DNA of 56,981 nt, the filler included, from Dimargaris cristalligena (lineage: Eukaryota): NCBI GenBank assembly GCA_003614675.1. It is 6 parts of 6 records of this genome, joined end to end, with 100 filler letters (N's around TTAATTAATTAA, not from the genome) between each part and the next. Parts side by side here need not be neighbours in the genome. Positions count along the whole stretch, not along the records: positions 19,139 to 28,544 come from ML003262.1; positions 28,645 to 38,032 come from ML003263.1; 4 more parts are not named here. One strand, written 5' to 3'. Positions 23,769-34,600 of the stretch are shown here, piece after piece (the stretch's first letter is position 1; each line of letters begins with the position of its first letter). The translations under genes were made by a program, and so were the position numbers. The notes beneath the pieces are model-generated. The model was not told where the DNA came from. It was given only the letters and a program-made list of their open reading frames with translations, and did no database searches.

Positions 23769-24695
23769 TCAACAGCCGTGCACTCCAGTCGCGTCAATAT
23801 AGTAAGGCACGTTTTTAGACGCGATATAGGGAGAGCTGACCACTTTTAGGCAGTTGATGCGGTGGGGCGCCTCCCGCACCGCGGGGTTACGTATGAGTAA
23901 TAGCCGGGTATTAACACATTGGGACCAACACATGCCCAGAGCGGGTTTCACCGCGGGGGGGTCACTGATTAGAAGCGAGGCCGAACCACCGCCATGGGGA
24001 GGAGGGCCCTGACCGTCGGGTCGGACCACGTCTGTGACTTGGTTAACACAAACGATGGCCACCCCATACTCCTCGCCGAGCCGCCGTAACCGCTGGCTCA
24101 GCTGCAGTAGCGTATGTTGCCGCTGGGCGTAGAAATCCATCCGGCGGACCTGGCCCCGTCGACTTGCGTCAAGAGCCGTGAGTTCTTCGCTGCGGAAATT
24201 GGCCGCGATGGAATCAATAACCACGAGTTTAACGCGCCCGCGGGCCAGTAGCACGGGGAGCTGGTAGGTTAATAGGTGGTCCTGGGTTACCACGTCGGTG
24301 AGGTGGGATAGTAGAATACGGTCGCTCCAAGGAATACGGGAAGAAGAAGATGCAGACTCTGGTGGTTGGAGTGGTGGCCAGTGGCCAGCATGGCGCTGGG
24401 CCAAGGCCTCGGCTAGACCGAACAGCCGGTTGGACGGAAACAGGTCTTCGGTCGAAAAGTAAATCGCGTCCCCGTCGAGTCCGCCCAGGGCCCGGGGGAG
24501 CTGGGCCATCAAGCAGAGTTGCAGGCATAGCTGCGTTTTACCCGTGGCGCTAGACCCGGCGATCTCGGTGACCCCCCCTACGGCAATACCGCCCTCGAGG
24601 GCCTGGTCCAGTCGGGGGTCGCCCGTAGTCAAGAAGTGCTGTCGCTCTAGCAACTGGCGAGCTGTGCAGGGCGGGCCGAACTCCGACATAGCCAT
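23769..24695 (-). CDS. XRCC3: RAD51 paralog, XRCC3/Rad57-like DNA repair protein
   Basis: LTTGDPRLDQALEGGI, Walker A GSSATGKTQLCLQL, STEDLFPSNRL, Walker B LVVIDSIAA, VNQVTD, PALGMCWSQCVNTRL. The start is uncertain. Confidence 0.85.
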   Translation of the reverse strand: MAMSEFGPPCTARQLLERQHFLTTGDPRLDQALEGGIAVGGVTEIAGSSATGKTQLCLQLCLMAQLPRALGGLDGDAIYFSTEDLFPSNRLFGLAEALAQRHAGHWPPLQPPESASSSSRIPWSDRILLSHLTDVVTQDHLLTYQLPVLLARGRVKLVVIDSIAANFRSEELTALDASRRGQVRRMDFYAQRQHTLLQLSQRLRRLGEEYGVAIVCVNQVTDVVRPDGQGPPPHGGGSASLLISDPPAVKPALGMCWSQCVNTRLLLIRNPAVREAPHRINCLKVVSSPYIASKNVPYYIDATGVHGC

Positions 24696-24770
24696 AACAA
24701 TAGGGAAAATAGGCACTGGACGGTCCCAAAAGTAATAGGCGGCGGGAATGAGGCCCGGGTAATGGGGAAT

Positions 24771-24818
24771 AGAGGGAGAGGGAGAGGGAGAGCGAGAGAG
24801 AGAGAGAGAGAGAGAGAG
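24771..24818. repeat. (GA)n/GGGAGA microsatellite upstream of XRCC3
   Basis: agagggagagggagagggagagcgagagagagagagagagagagag seen directly. Confidence 0.8.
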
Positions 24819-25183
24819 GAAACAACGGCCAGTGATACATGAAGAAAGTGTGGTCGTTATTTCTTGTTGGTTATAGCGAGTAGCTTATTAAGAGAAACAC
24901 AGTCAGGCAGAAGGTGGCAGTGTATATACCCAAGTGATTGATTAGGTTGGCCTATAGCCCACTCGCCCTTTTTATTCACCAATATGTAAGTATTACTTTC
25001 ATTCGCGGGCTTTAATAATCAGGACTGCTTTCCCGTCCGCAGCACCCACTTACACTTACAGTCGCTCCCAATGAATTAAAGCAATGGAGTTTATTACATA
25101 GGGCTTGTCCCAGCCCTTTATTCAAGGCAATAGATTTCCCGGGTAAGTAAATGTCGCTTGGTTCAAAAGGTGTCCCGATCCAG

Positions 25184-27000
25184 TTAGTGCCAGCCTTCAA
25201 CGGTTGGGCTTGGGTTAGGATTCGGGCTGGTCCCGCTCTCTACCATCTGGTCCGCTAAATCTAGCTGAATAGGAACTGTTCCATCCTCGGGTATCTGTTC
25301 GATTAAGGCATCCCAGTTCGGCCAGCCCCCTCCCGGGTTTACTACGGGCTCATCCCTTGCTTCTCCCCAGCCGTAGCGGGCCCGTCTGATGGCCTCTTCC
25401 TCCGACACCGGCCCGTCGGTTGGGGCTATTTCACTAGAGACACCTTCCTCGCCTTCGCGGCCGGCGGATGCTTGCTCGGTGGAAATATCCCAGTCCGCTG
25501 AGCCTCGACCAAGATTATCATCCGGCGGCGCCCACATGGGAGATAAACTGGGCTCCGAAAACTCGTCAGAGGATGACCAATCGTCTCCCCTATCATTAAT
25601 CGAATCGTTGGCGGGGGGCTCCGGGTACTTCGGGAGGATACCCTTATAGAATATCTTGACGTTATCGTACCGGTCGAAATACGACGCCTTGAAATCGGGC
25701 TCACCTTCCATCCACATGCAAGGGTGCTTGCGCAGCGCGTCACATAGACCGTATCGGGTCTTGACGGCTAACTGAACGGGGTATAAGAACAGCCGATAAA
25801 AATCGAGTGAGTAGGTTTGGACGGCGTCAGGGTTGGTGTTGGAGCTAATAATGGCATTAGCGTTGGCGGCGGTTGATTCGTCATCACTCATGGCCTCCGA
25901 GCCCGACACGTCGTCCCGTCGGGTAATATATAGCAATTGGAGCTCAGCCTCCTTTTGGACAATCTCGAGTATTTCGGCCTCCGTGTACTCCCGGTCGTGG
26001 TGGGGATAGGTGATATCATAGACCAGCTCGTGGACGGGTTCGTTGGGGGTCGATGCGGGGGGTATTTGCGGGAGGACTACCATACCGTCTTGGTCGTCGA
26101 TTCGAGTGAACAGGGCCACTTGGCTAGTGGGACCGATCCCATCCTGGATCGATTGGCGGGTTTCTCCAACGCCGTAGTATTCCACGGTGTACCGGTATTG
26201 CTTAGCGGCGTCCGCACACCAATCCTGAAATTCGGCGCGGGTCCATTCGAACTTGTGGTCCCAGTGGCGGAACCGGGCCCCCGGGGTGCCGTACTGGAGG
26301 TCGGGATAGTAGACATTGTACTCCGCATTCGGGGTGGTGACAATGAACCGGCGGGGCCGGTAACGGCCCAGTACCATGGGGCACACCTGCGCCAGAATAT
26401 CGGGAAGCAAGTGCTCAATCACCTCGGCGCTGACGATACAGTCCAGGTTCTGGAACCGCCGATTGTAATCGGCTAGGGATCCTTGGAACAACTGGATATT
26501 CAGAGGGTGGGGCCGCGGGCAGTCTTCGTCCTCGGGTAGGACGCAGCATTGCTGGTTGGCCTGGTCAAGGTCATCCCGGTTGACGTCTAGGCCGTAGAGC
26601 TGGGTGATGATAATGTCCGACTGGGTTGGTAGTAGGAATTGGAGCAGGTTACCTTCACCACAGCCCAAATCAAGGACCTGTTTAATATACAACGAGAACA
26701 GGGAATTGTATGTGGATATATAGATATCAAGTAATGGAGGGGCTGGGGGAATTAGAGCGGGGTTTCCGGGTAATGAAATTATATTCAATTAAACAAAGGC
26801 CAAAGCCAACCATACAACGTTAAAGCGAGGGTAATACATCAACAACGACTACTTTCATATAGAAGGGTCCTTGGCTGAGGTTGAATACCTACCGTTTGGG
26901 TCGAATCGTCCTGGTAAATAATATCGGCTACTAGGCGTCGGCGCTGGCGCCAAATGGGGTTGCCGAAGAAGGCCTGGGGGGTACCAATGTCGCTGTCCAT
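25184..27000 (-). CDS. HEN1: Small RNA 2'-O-methyltransferase HEN1/HENMT1 (exons 27000-26893 and 26677-25184, ~533 aa)
   Basis: Exon 1 FFGNPIWRQRR (variant of FxPPLYxQR); SAM motif VLDLGCGEG; metal-binding EVIEH; TTPNAEYN; FRHWDHKFEWTRAEF; phase-0 intron ACG|gtaggt...aaacag|GTC. Confidence 0.93.
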
Positions 27001-27985
27001 GGGAGGAGGGGCTATGCGGGAAGTCGGGTGGAGTAGGAAATGAAAAGGTAAAACACAGTAGAGTGCGGAAAGGGTTATGGGTACTTGCTAATTGAGAGGG
27101 GTGCACGCCCGGCGGGGGGTTTAAGTACGGCGGGAGAAGGGTGGGTGGGTAGAAGGGCACCATTGGCCTACTGAGAGGTGGAAGCCGAAGAAAGAAGCGG
27201 CAGAGAAAGTGGGAACGGGCTTGGAAGACCGAGAAGGAACAAAGTCGAAGGATTCCCAGCGGACCGCCTTCGGAAACCCAGCCACCGTCGGTTGCCTCTA
27301 GAACTAGGAAACTTGAACCATTCGGGGAAAAGGTATCGAAGGCTGTTTGCTATTCCGCCTTACCTTACCTTGCTTTGCTTCACTTCTTCATTTTACTTTA
27401 CCCTGCGCCATTCGGCCTTGTAAAAGGACCCTGGGCAGAGTTCGACCCGGGTGGGATTCCCTCGGCTAGGCCGCCCGTCGTCTCGCGTGGTTTGGTGACT
27501 ATGGTCCCTGTCTATTCTGGAGTTTGTGACGTGGCGAGTTTTCAAGTATAGGAGAGGTGGGAGGTCCTTTAAACGCGGTGTGTATGCGCCAGATTCCCCT
27601 CCCTCCACAAACTGCCCTGGGCCACATAGGTCGACGAGGGGTCAACCTCCCCGTACCTAGCCATCTGTCTCTCTTTGTTTCTATATCCGTCTTCATTTCA
27701 CTCCATGCTTCTCTAGTTCTACTCCCATCTGTCCATTTCTAGCTCGTTTTGTCGTCGTCTGTCGTGTTCGGCCTTCCTCTCTTCTACGTCACTGTTGGCC
27801 CCATTCACACTCAATCCTCCCCATCTGGCCTCCAAACGCCCCGCTTAGACTCTAAATTTTATCCTCTTCCCCTTCGATTCCGACACGCGTCTCCCCCCCT
27901 CTCTCCTCTCTTTGTTTATCGGCCCCTTATTACTTTACATATTATTTTGTCCGCAACCTCCAGCGCCCTGCCCTTTGTATCACTC

Positions 27986-28544
27986 ATGCCCGCTCCGCCC
28001 ACATCCAAACCACCCACCGCCAAGGAGGGTCCTATACCCTTCTTCGCTTCGGATGACACCAGTGCCGATTGGCTAACTCCGGCTGCCCAACCAGCGCCCG
28101 CCGCACAGACTTCTGCGTATCCTTACCACCAGAGTCAGCCGCCACCCACCACTCATTTAGCCGCCCCCGTGGCTCAGCCGCCCGGCTCCGCTCCAATGGC
28201 AAATCCCGCCCAGCAGCCCTACAGTCAACCGGCCGGTCATCAGGACTACAGTGGTTACGACCAATACGGCTATTCAGACCCGGCCTACCCGTATCAGTCC
28301 ACCGATGACCCCAACGCCCCATACGCCTACCAGCCAGCGCACACCGATACCTACGCCCAAGAAGATCCCAGCGTGGCCTACAACTACCAAGAGGCTTATC
28401 CCGCTAATTCACAGACCCCCGTCGATCCCAACCAGTATTACCAACCGGATACGGTCGCCGCTACCACCGATCCCGCGCAAACCAACGGTGAATCGTACGA
28501 TGACTACTACAATCAGTACGGCTATTATGCCGATGACGGCCATT
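27986..28544 (+). CDS. 5' part of a low-complexity P/Q/Y/D-rich protein, truncated by the contig end
   Basis: ATG 27986 (MPAPPTSKPPTAKEGPIPFFASDDTSADW...); C-ending codon bias; ORF stays open to the gap. Identity unknown. Confidence 0.65.
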
Positions 28545-28644
28545 NNNNNNNNNNNNNNNNNNNNNNNNNNNNNNNNNNNNNNNNNNNNTTAATTAATTAA
28601 NNNNNNNNNNNNNNNNNNNNNNNNNNNNNNNNNNNNNNNNNNNN
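28545..28644. other. Artificial contig-joining spacer
   Basis: N44-TTAATTAATTAA-N44. Confidence 0.98.
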
Positions 28645-31600
28645 CGATTGGGAAAGGACGGGTGGCTGGGTCGGTAAGGGGGCAATGGGGCTGGCTGACG
28701 ACACGGGTGCAGTGGGCCGGCGGGACTGTGCCACGCTCGCAGACGGCTCGGCCGATGCAGTGGCCGGCATCCCACCCGAGGCCGGACCGGATATATTACG
28801 AATCGCGTCCAGCCGTTGCTGAAGGGAGAGGGTGGATACGATGGGAGTACCAACCTCGCTGGTTGATTTACTCATGGGGACGGCTGGTATGGCGACCGGC
28901 TGGAGTTCTGGTTCGGCAGGGGTCCGGGGAGCAGACAAGGGAACCCGAGCGAAATCAGCCGCGACTAGGACGGCGGACTGGACTGATACGGGGGAAAGCT
29001 CCGTCTCCCCCTCAACCACCTGGTGAGCAGCGGCAAAGATCTCCTCCGCAATTGACGGGAGGCGGACGACCGAAGCGTGGCGACTCGACAGTCGGGACCG
29101 GCTGGCGAGATGGGAACTGGGGGCAGCCGGGGCAGCACCTGCCACAGGAGCAGAACCCGGTTCGGCCGGAGGGGGAGGCTCAGCGGCTGATGTTTCCACC
29201 ACTGCCGCGGCAGCGGGGGAACTCGGCCCAGATGGCTTGGCGCTCGGAGGTTGGGCGGGGGTCAGTTGATCATCAACTCGGCTGCCGGTACTGGGTGTGC
29301 GCGATACGCGACGGGCGAGTTGCGGGGCTGCTATTGCACTTCTGGGTGGCGAGACGGCCTCCTGGACAACCGGAACAGGTATTTCCTCGTGATCCAACTG
29401 TAAACTAGAGACGGAGAATCGGGCAGCCTGGACCAGGGTCGGAGGGGTGCGGGCGACCGACGTTCGTTTGGACCCCGCTGTCGACCGCTCAGCAGATCGA
29501 TTAGGGTCTACCAGAGAAGCACGGGACAAATGCGCCGCACTAACTTCTGCGGATACCCGCTCCTGGGCAGCCACCACCGGACTCGCTGATTTGGACTGTG
29601 AACGGGAGCGGGCTATGGGCTCAACGACTGGCATCACCCCAGACGAGACCTTGTGGGAGGCAGCCCTGGAAAGAGGGGGTAGTCCGGCGGCTATCGACTG
29701 AGCGGTTGGCGACCCCACCGCCGAACCACGGACACCCGGTGAACTACTCGCCGGAACGGCATCTAATGGTGGGGCCCCACCATCATGTGAGCGCGCGGGT
29801 GAGGGCTGGGCCGTTGGTACCCGTGAGACTGGTTTCGATGGTGCAAGCGAGTGATGCGAAGTCACGGGGGCGGGTACGGTAGCGGCAGGTGCCAAGGCTG
29901 GTGATGGGGCAGTGGTGGGCTGTCGGCTGGCCTGCTTGGACGGCGCTAGTGAATGATGTGAAACCCCGAAGGGCTCGGTCGGTTCGATAGGAGCCAGTGC
30001 CGGGGAGGGTGCAGCGGTAGGCTGCCGGCTGGCCTGCTTCGACTGGGCGAGGGACTGACGCGACGCTAGGAGAATCTCAGCGGCCGTCGGTTGTCGACTA
30101 GCCTGTTTCGACGCCGCCGGTGAGTGATGAGAGGCCGAGCGGACTTTGGCCACATCGGCAGGAGCCAGAGCGGGCGACGGGGTAGCGGTGGGCTGGCGAC
30201 TAACTGGCTTCGATTGGGCAAGTGATTGTCGCGACGCTTGGAGAATCTCGACGGACTCGGTCGGTTCGGCAGGGGCTAGGAGCGGCGACGGGGCGGCCGT
30301 GGGTTGGCGACTGGCCTGCTTGGACGGCGTTAGGGATTCTCGCGACGCTTGGAGGACTTCAGCGGGCTCGGTCGGTACTAGGGCCGGCGACGGGGCGGCC
30401 GTGGGTTGGCGACTAGCCTGTTTCGACGCCGCCGGTGAGTGATGAGAGGCCGGGCGGACTTCGGCCACATCGGCAGGGACCATGGCAGGCGATGGGGCAG
30501 CGGTGGGCTGTCGGCTTACCTGCCTCGACCGGGCAATTGAATGGTGCGACGCTTGGAGAACCTCGACAGGTTCGGCAGGGGCTAGGACTGGTGACGAGGC
30601 GGCGGTGGGTTGTCGACTAGCCTGCTTAGACAGCACATGAGAATGGTGTGATCCCTCGAGGACCTCGGCCGGTTCGGTACGAGCCAAAGCGGGTGACGGC
30701 GCGGCCGTGGGCTGTCGACTAGCCTGTCTAGATAACGCCGGTGAATGGTGGGAAGCCTCGAGAACCTGAGCCTCCGCGGCAGGCCCTAATACTGGCGATG
30801 GGGCAGCGGTGGGCTGTCGACTAGCCTGCTTAGACAGCGACAGGGAATGATGAGATGCCTCAAGGGTCTCGACTGCTTCAGTAGGAACCAGCGCCGGGGA
30901 GGGTGCGGCAGTCGGCAGCCGACTGGCTTGCTTAGACTGTGCAATAGAGGGATGTGATGCTGGGAGGACTTCGGCGGGTTCAGTAGGTACTAGGGCCGGC
31001 GATAGGGCAGCCGTTGGCTGTCGACTAGCATGCTTAAACGGAGCCAGGGAATGATGCGATGCCTCAAGAACCGGTGCATCCGTAGCTGCTGCCAGAATCG
31101 GTGACGGGGCAATCGAATGTTGAGATGCCTGGAGGACTTGGACGGGTTCGGTCGGCACGAGAGCCGGCGACGGGGCAGCCGTTGGTTGTCGGCTGGGCTG
31201 CTTGGACGCTGCTACAGAGTGGTGAGAGGCCGGGCGGATTTCGGCCACATCGGCAGGAGCAATAGTAGGCGACGGGACAGCGGTGGGCTGTCGGCTGACC
31301 GGTTTTGATTGGGCCAAGGAGTGGTGTGATGCCTCAAGGATCTCAACCGGTTCAGTAGGTGCCAGCGCGGGCGAAGGAACAGCCGTCGGCAGTCGGCTGG
31401 CCTGTTTAGACGCAGCAAGCGAGTGTTGAGATGCTTCGAGGACCTCGTTAGGTTCGACAGGGGCTAGGGCCGGCGATGGGGTGGCCGTGGGCTGGCGACT
31501 TACCTGTCTGGAGAGTGCAAGCGAATGACGAGACGCCTGAAGGGTCTCCACTGGTTCGGTAGGGACTAATGCTGGCGATGGAGTGGCCGTGGGTAGTCGG

Positions 31601-34600
31601 CTAGTCTGCTTAGATGGCGCCAGTGGGTGGTGCGATGCAATAGCTTCAGGTGCATCATTAGGAGCCAACGCAGGTGACGGTGCGGCAGTGGGCTGTCGAC
31701 TAGCATGTCTAGACAGCGCCGGTGAATGATGACCTGCCTCAAGAGGCTCAGCAACTTCGGCAGGAGCCAACGCCGGAGATGGTGCGGCAGTGACCTGTCG
31801 ACTGACTTGCTTGGACTGGGCAAGTGAATGATGGGATACTTGGAGAACCTCGACCGATTCAGTTGGTACCAACGCTGGCGAGGGTGCAGCTGTAGGTTGC
31901 CGGCTGGCATGATTCGACTGGGCAATCGAATGTTGAGATGCCCGGAGAAATTCGGCGGGTTCGGTGGGAGGGAGGACCGGTAATGGAGCAGCAGTCGGTT
32001 GGCGGCTAGCCTGTTTAGCCGCTGCCAGAGAATGATGCGATGCCTCAAGGGCCTCGGTCGCGGCGGTCGGAGCCAAAGCAGGGGATGGCGCAGCGGTGGG
32101 CTGCCGGCTGGCCTGTTTGGACAACGCCAGGGAATGACTCGACGACTCAAGGACCGGCGCCTCCGTAGTCGCTGCAAGAAGCGGTGATGGGGCAGCCGTC
32201 GGCTGTCGACTTGCCTGTTTCGACGCCGCCAGTGAGTGGTGAGAAGCCGGGTGGACCTCGACCACATCGGCAGGAGCCATAGCCGACGACGGGGCAGTGG
32301 TGGGCTGTCGGCTGGTCGGCTTGGACGGTATCAGGGAATGGTGGGACGCCTGGAGGACTTCGGCCGATTCGGCAGGGGCCAGGAGCGGCGACGGGGCGGC
32401 CGTGGGTTGGCGACTAGCCTGTTTCGACGTCGCCGGTGAGTGATGAGAGGCCGGGCGGACTTCGGCCACATCGGCAGGGACGATGACAGGCGACGGGGCA
32501 GCGGTGGGCTGCCGGCTGGTCTGCTTAGACGGCGTCAGGGAATGGTGGGACGCCTGGAGGACTTCGGCCGGTTCGGTCGGCACAAGAGCCGGCGATGGGG
32601 CGGCCGTCCGCTGCTGGCTAGCCTGCTTGGATGGCGCCAGGGAATGATGCGATTCCTCAAGGGTCCCGACTACATCAGTTGGTGCCAGCGCCGGGGAAGG
32701 TACAGCAGTGGGCTGCCGGCTGGCAGACCTAGACCGGACAATCGAATGTTGAGACGCTTGGAGGACCTCGATGGCTTCGGCAGGGGCTAAGACCGGAGAT
32801 GGGGCGGCCGTCGGCTGTCGGCTGGCCTGCTTCGACTGGGCAAGGGACTGGCGCGACGCTTGGAGAACTTCGGCCGGTTCGGTCGGCACAAAAGCTGTCG
32901 ATGGGGCTGCCGTCGGCTGCCGACTAGTGTGCCTAGAAAGCGCAATGGAGTGGTGGGATGCTTCAATGGTCTCTATAGGGCCAGTAGGGGCTAAAGCTGG
33001 CGACGGGGTAGCCGTCGGTTGTCGGCTAGCCTGTTTCGGCGGTACTAGAGAATGGCGGGATGATCCAAGAGCCTCGGCTTGTTCGGTAGGTGCCAATACT
33101 GGCGATGGGGCGGCCGTCGGCTGGCGACTGGCCTGCTTGGACAGAGCAAGGGATTGTCGCGACGCCTGGAGAACCTCGGCCGGTTCGGTCGGCACTAGAG
33201 CCGGCGACGGGGCGCCAGTTGGCTGCCGGCTGACCGGCTTGGACAACGCCAGGGAATGATACGACGTCTCAAGGACCGATGTCTCCGTAGCTGCTGCAAG
33301 AATCGGTGATGGGGCGGCCGTCGGTTGTCGACTAGCCTGTTTCGACGCCGCCGGTGAGTGGTGAGAGGCCGGGTGGACCTCGACCACACCGGTAGGAGCC
33401 AGAGCGGGCGACGGGGCAGCAGTGGGCTGGCGACTAACTGGCTTCGATTGGGCAAGGGAATGGTGAGACGCGTGAAGAACTTCGACGGGTTCGGCGGGCA
33501 CAAGGGCCGGCGACGGGGCGGCCGTCGGCTGCCGGCTAGCCTGCTTGGAAGGCACAGGGGAATGGTGTGATACCTCAGGTTCCTCGGCCGGGTCAGTAGG
33601 AGTCAGCGCCGGGGAGGGTGCGGAAGTCGGCTGACGACTGGCCTGCTTGGATAGAGCGAGGGATTGTCGCGACGCTTGGAGGACTTCGGCCGGTTCGGCC
33701 GGCACAAGAGCCGGCGATGGGGCGGCCGTCGGCTGCCGGCTAGCCTGCTTGGATGGCGCTAATGAATGACGTGATACCCCAAGGACCTCGGTCGGCTCAG
33801 CAGGAGCCAGCGCTGGCGAAGGGGCGGCCGTCGGCTGTCGGCTGGCAGATCTAGACCGAACCAAAGATACGTGGGTCACCGCATGATTTGATGCGAAACC
33901 CGGCTCCGGGGCTAGTGACCCACCCTCGGGCACAGGGACGCCGACCGTAGGTGGCAAAGTGGGTGACAGAACGGCGGACGGCACTTGGCTAGCCTGTTTG
34001 GACGGGGCCACAGACGGGCGGGAGGCGGTGTGTGACGCAGTGGGGACCGGTTCCACCACCTCACCGGGCTCAGCAACACCAGTGGCTTCCGTGACAGGCA
34101 CCAGAGCCGGAGACGGGACGGCAGTCGGCGGACGCGTCGCCGGCTTGGATGTAGCCATTGATCCGCGAGACGCCTGTATGACCGGCGGCAATGCGGATTC
34201 CACCTCACCGCCCTGACACACGGGACTAATGGGGGTCACCATAATAGCTGCGGGTGGGAGCGCCGGGGAGGCAGCGGCGGTAGGTACACGGCTGGGCTGT
34301 TTCGAAGGTACGAGCGAGACGCGGGACGCCTGCGACCGTCGCCCGCTGGTGGGCCGGGAGGGTGATAAAACCTCTGGTTGAACACCTGAGTCGGCTTCAA
34401 CCGGTAAAGGTTCGAGGATATCCTCAGGCGTGGAATTGGCTGCCGCCGCTACAGGCTGGAGGCCCGAGGTTACCTGGTCAACCCCATCCTCGATACTCAT
34501 GAGGGACGCAGCCAAATGCGGGGATTCGGACTCGAGGGCCAGTTCGTCGGGAACTGGTGGCGGGGACTCGGAAAGGTGCGAGTAGCTGCGACGGACCGCC

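Noticed and set aside
20360-27000. BRF1-XRCC3-HEN1 as a functional cluster, or HEN1 as a bacterial Pnkp-Hen1 RNA repair system
   Set aside because: Intron-containing eukaryotic genes with unrelated functions; no Pnkp neighbour; co-orientation alone is not evidence.
27986-28544. Naming the truncated Y/Q/P-rich ORF (for example a Sec16-like N-terminus)
   Set aside because: Only low-complexity sequence is visible; no diagnostic domain.
29790-33860. Regular array as a possible CRISPR or non-coding repeat system
   Set aside because: Units are in-frame codon repeats of one long ORF with synonymous variation and no unique spacers; the context is eukaryotic and there are no cas genes.
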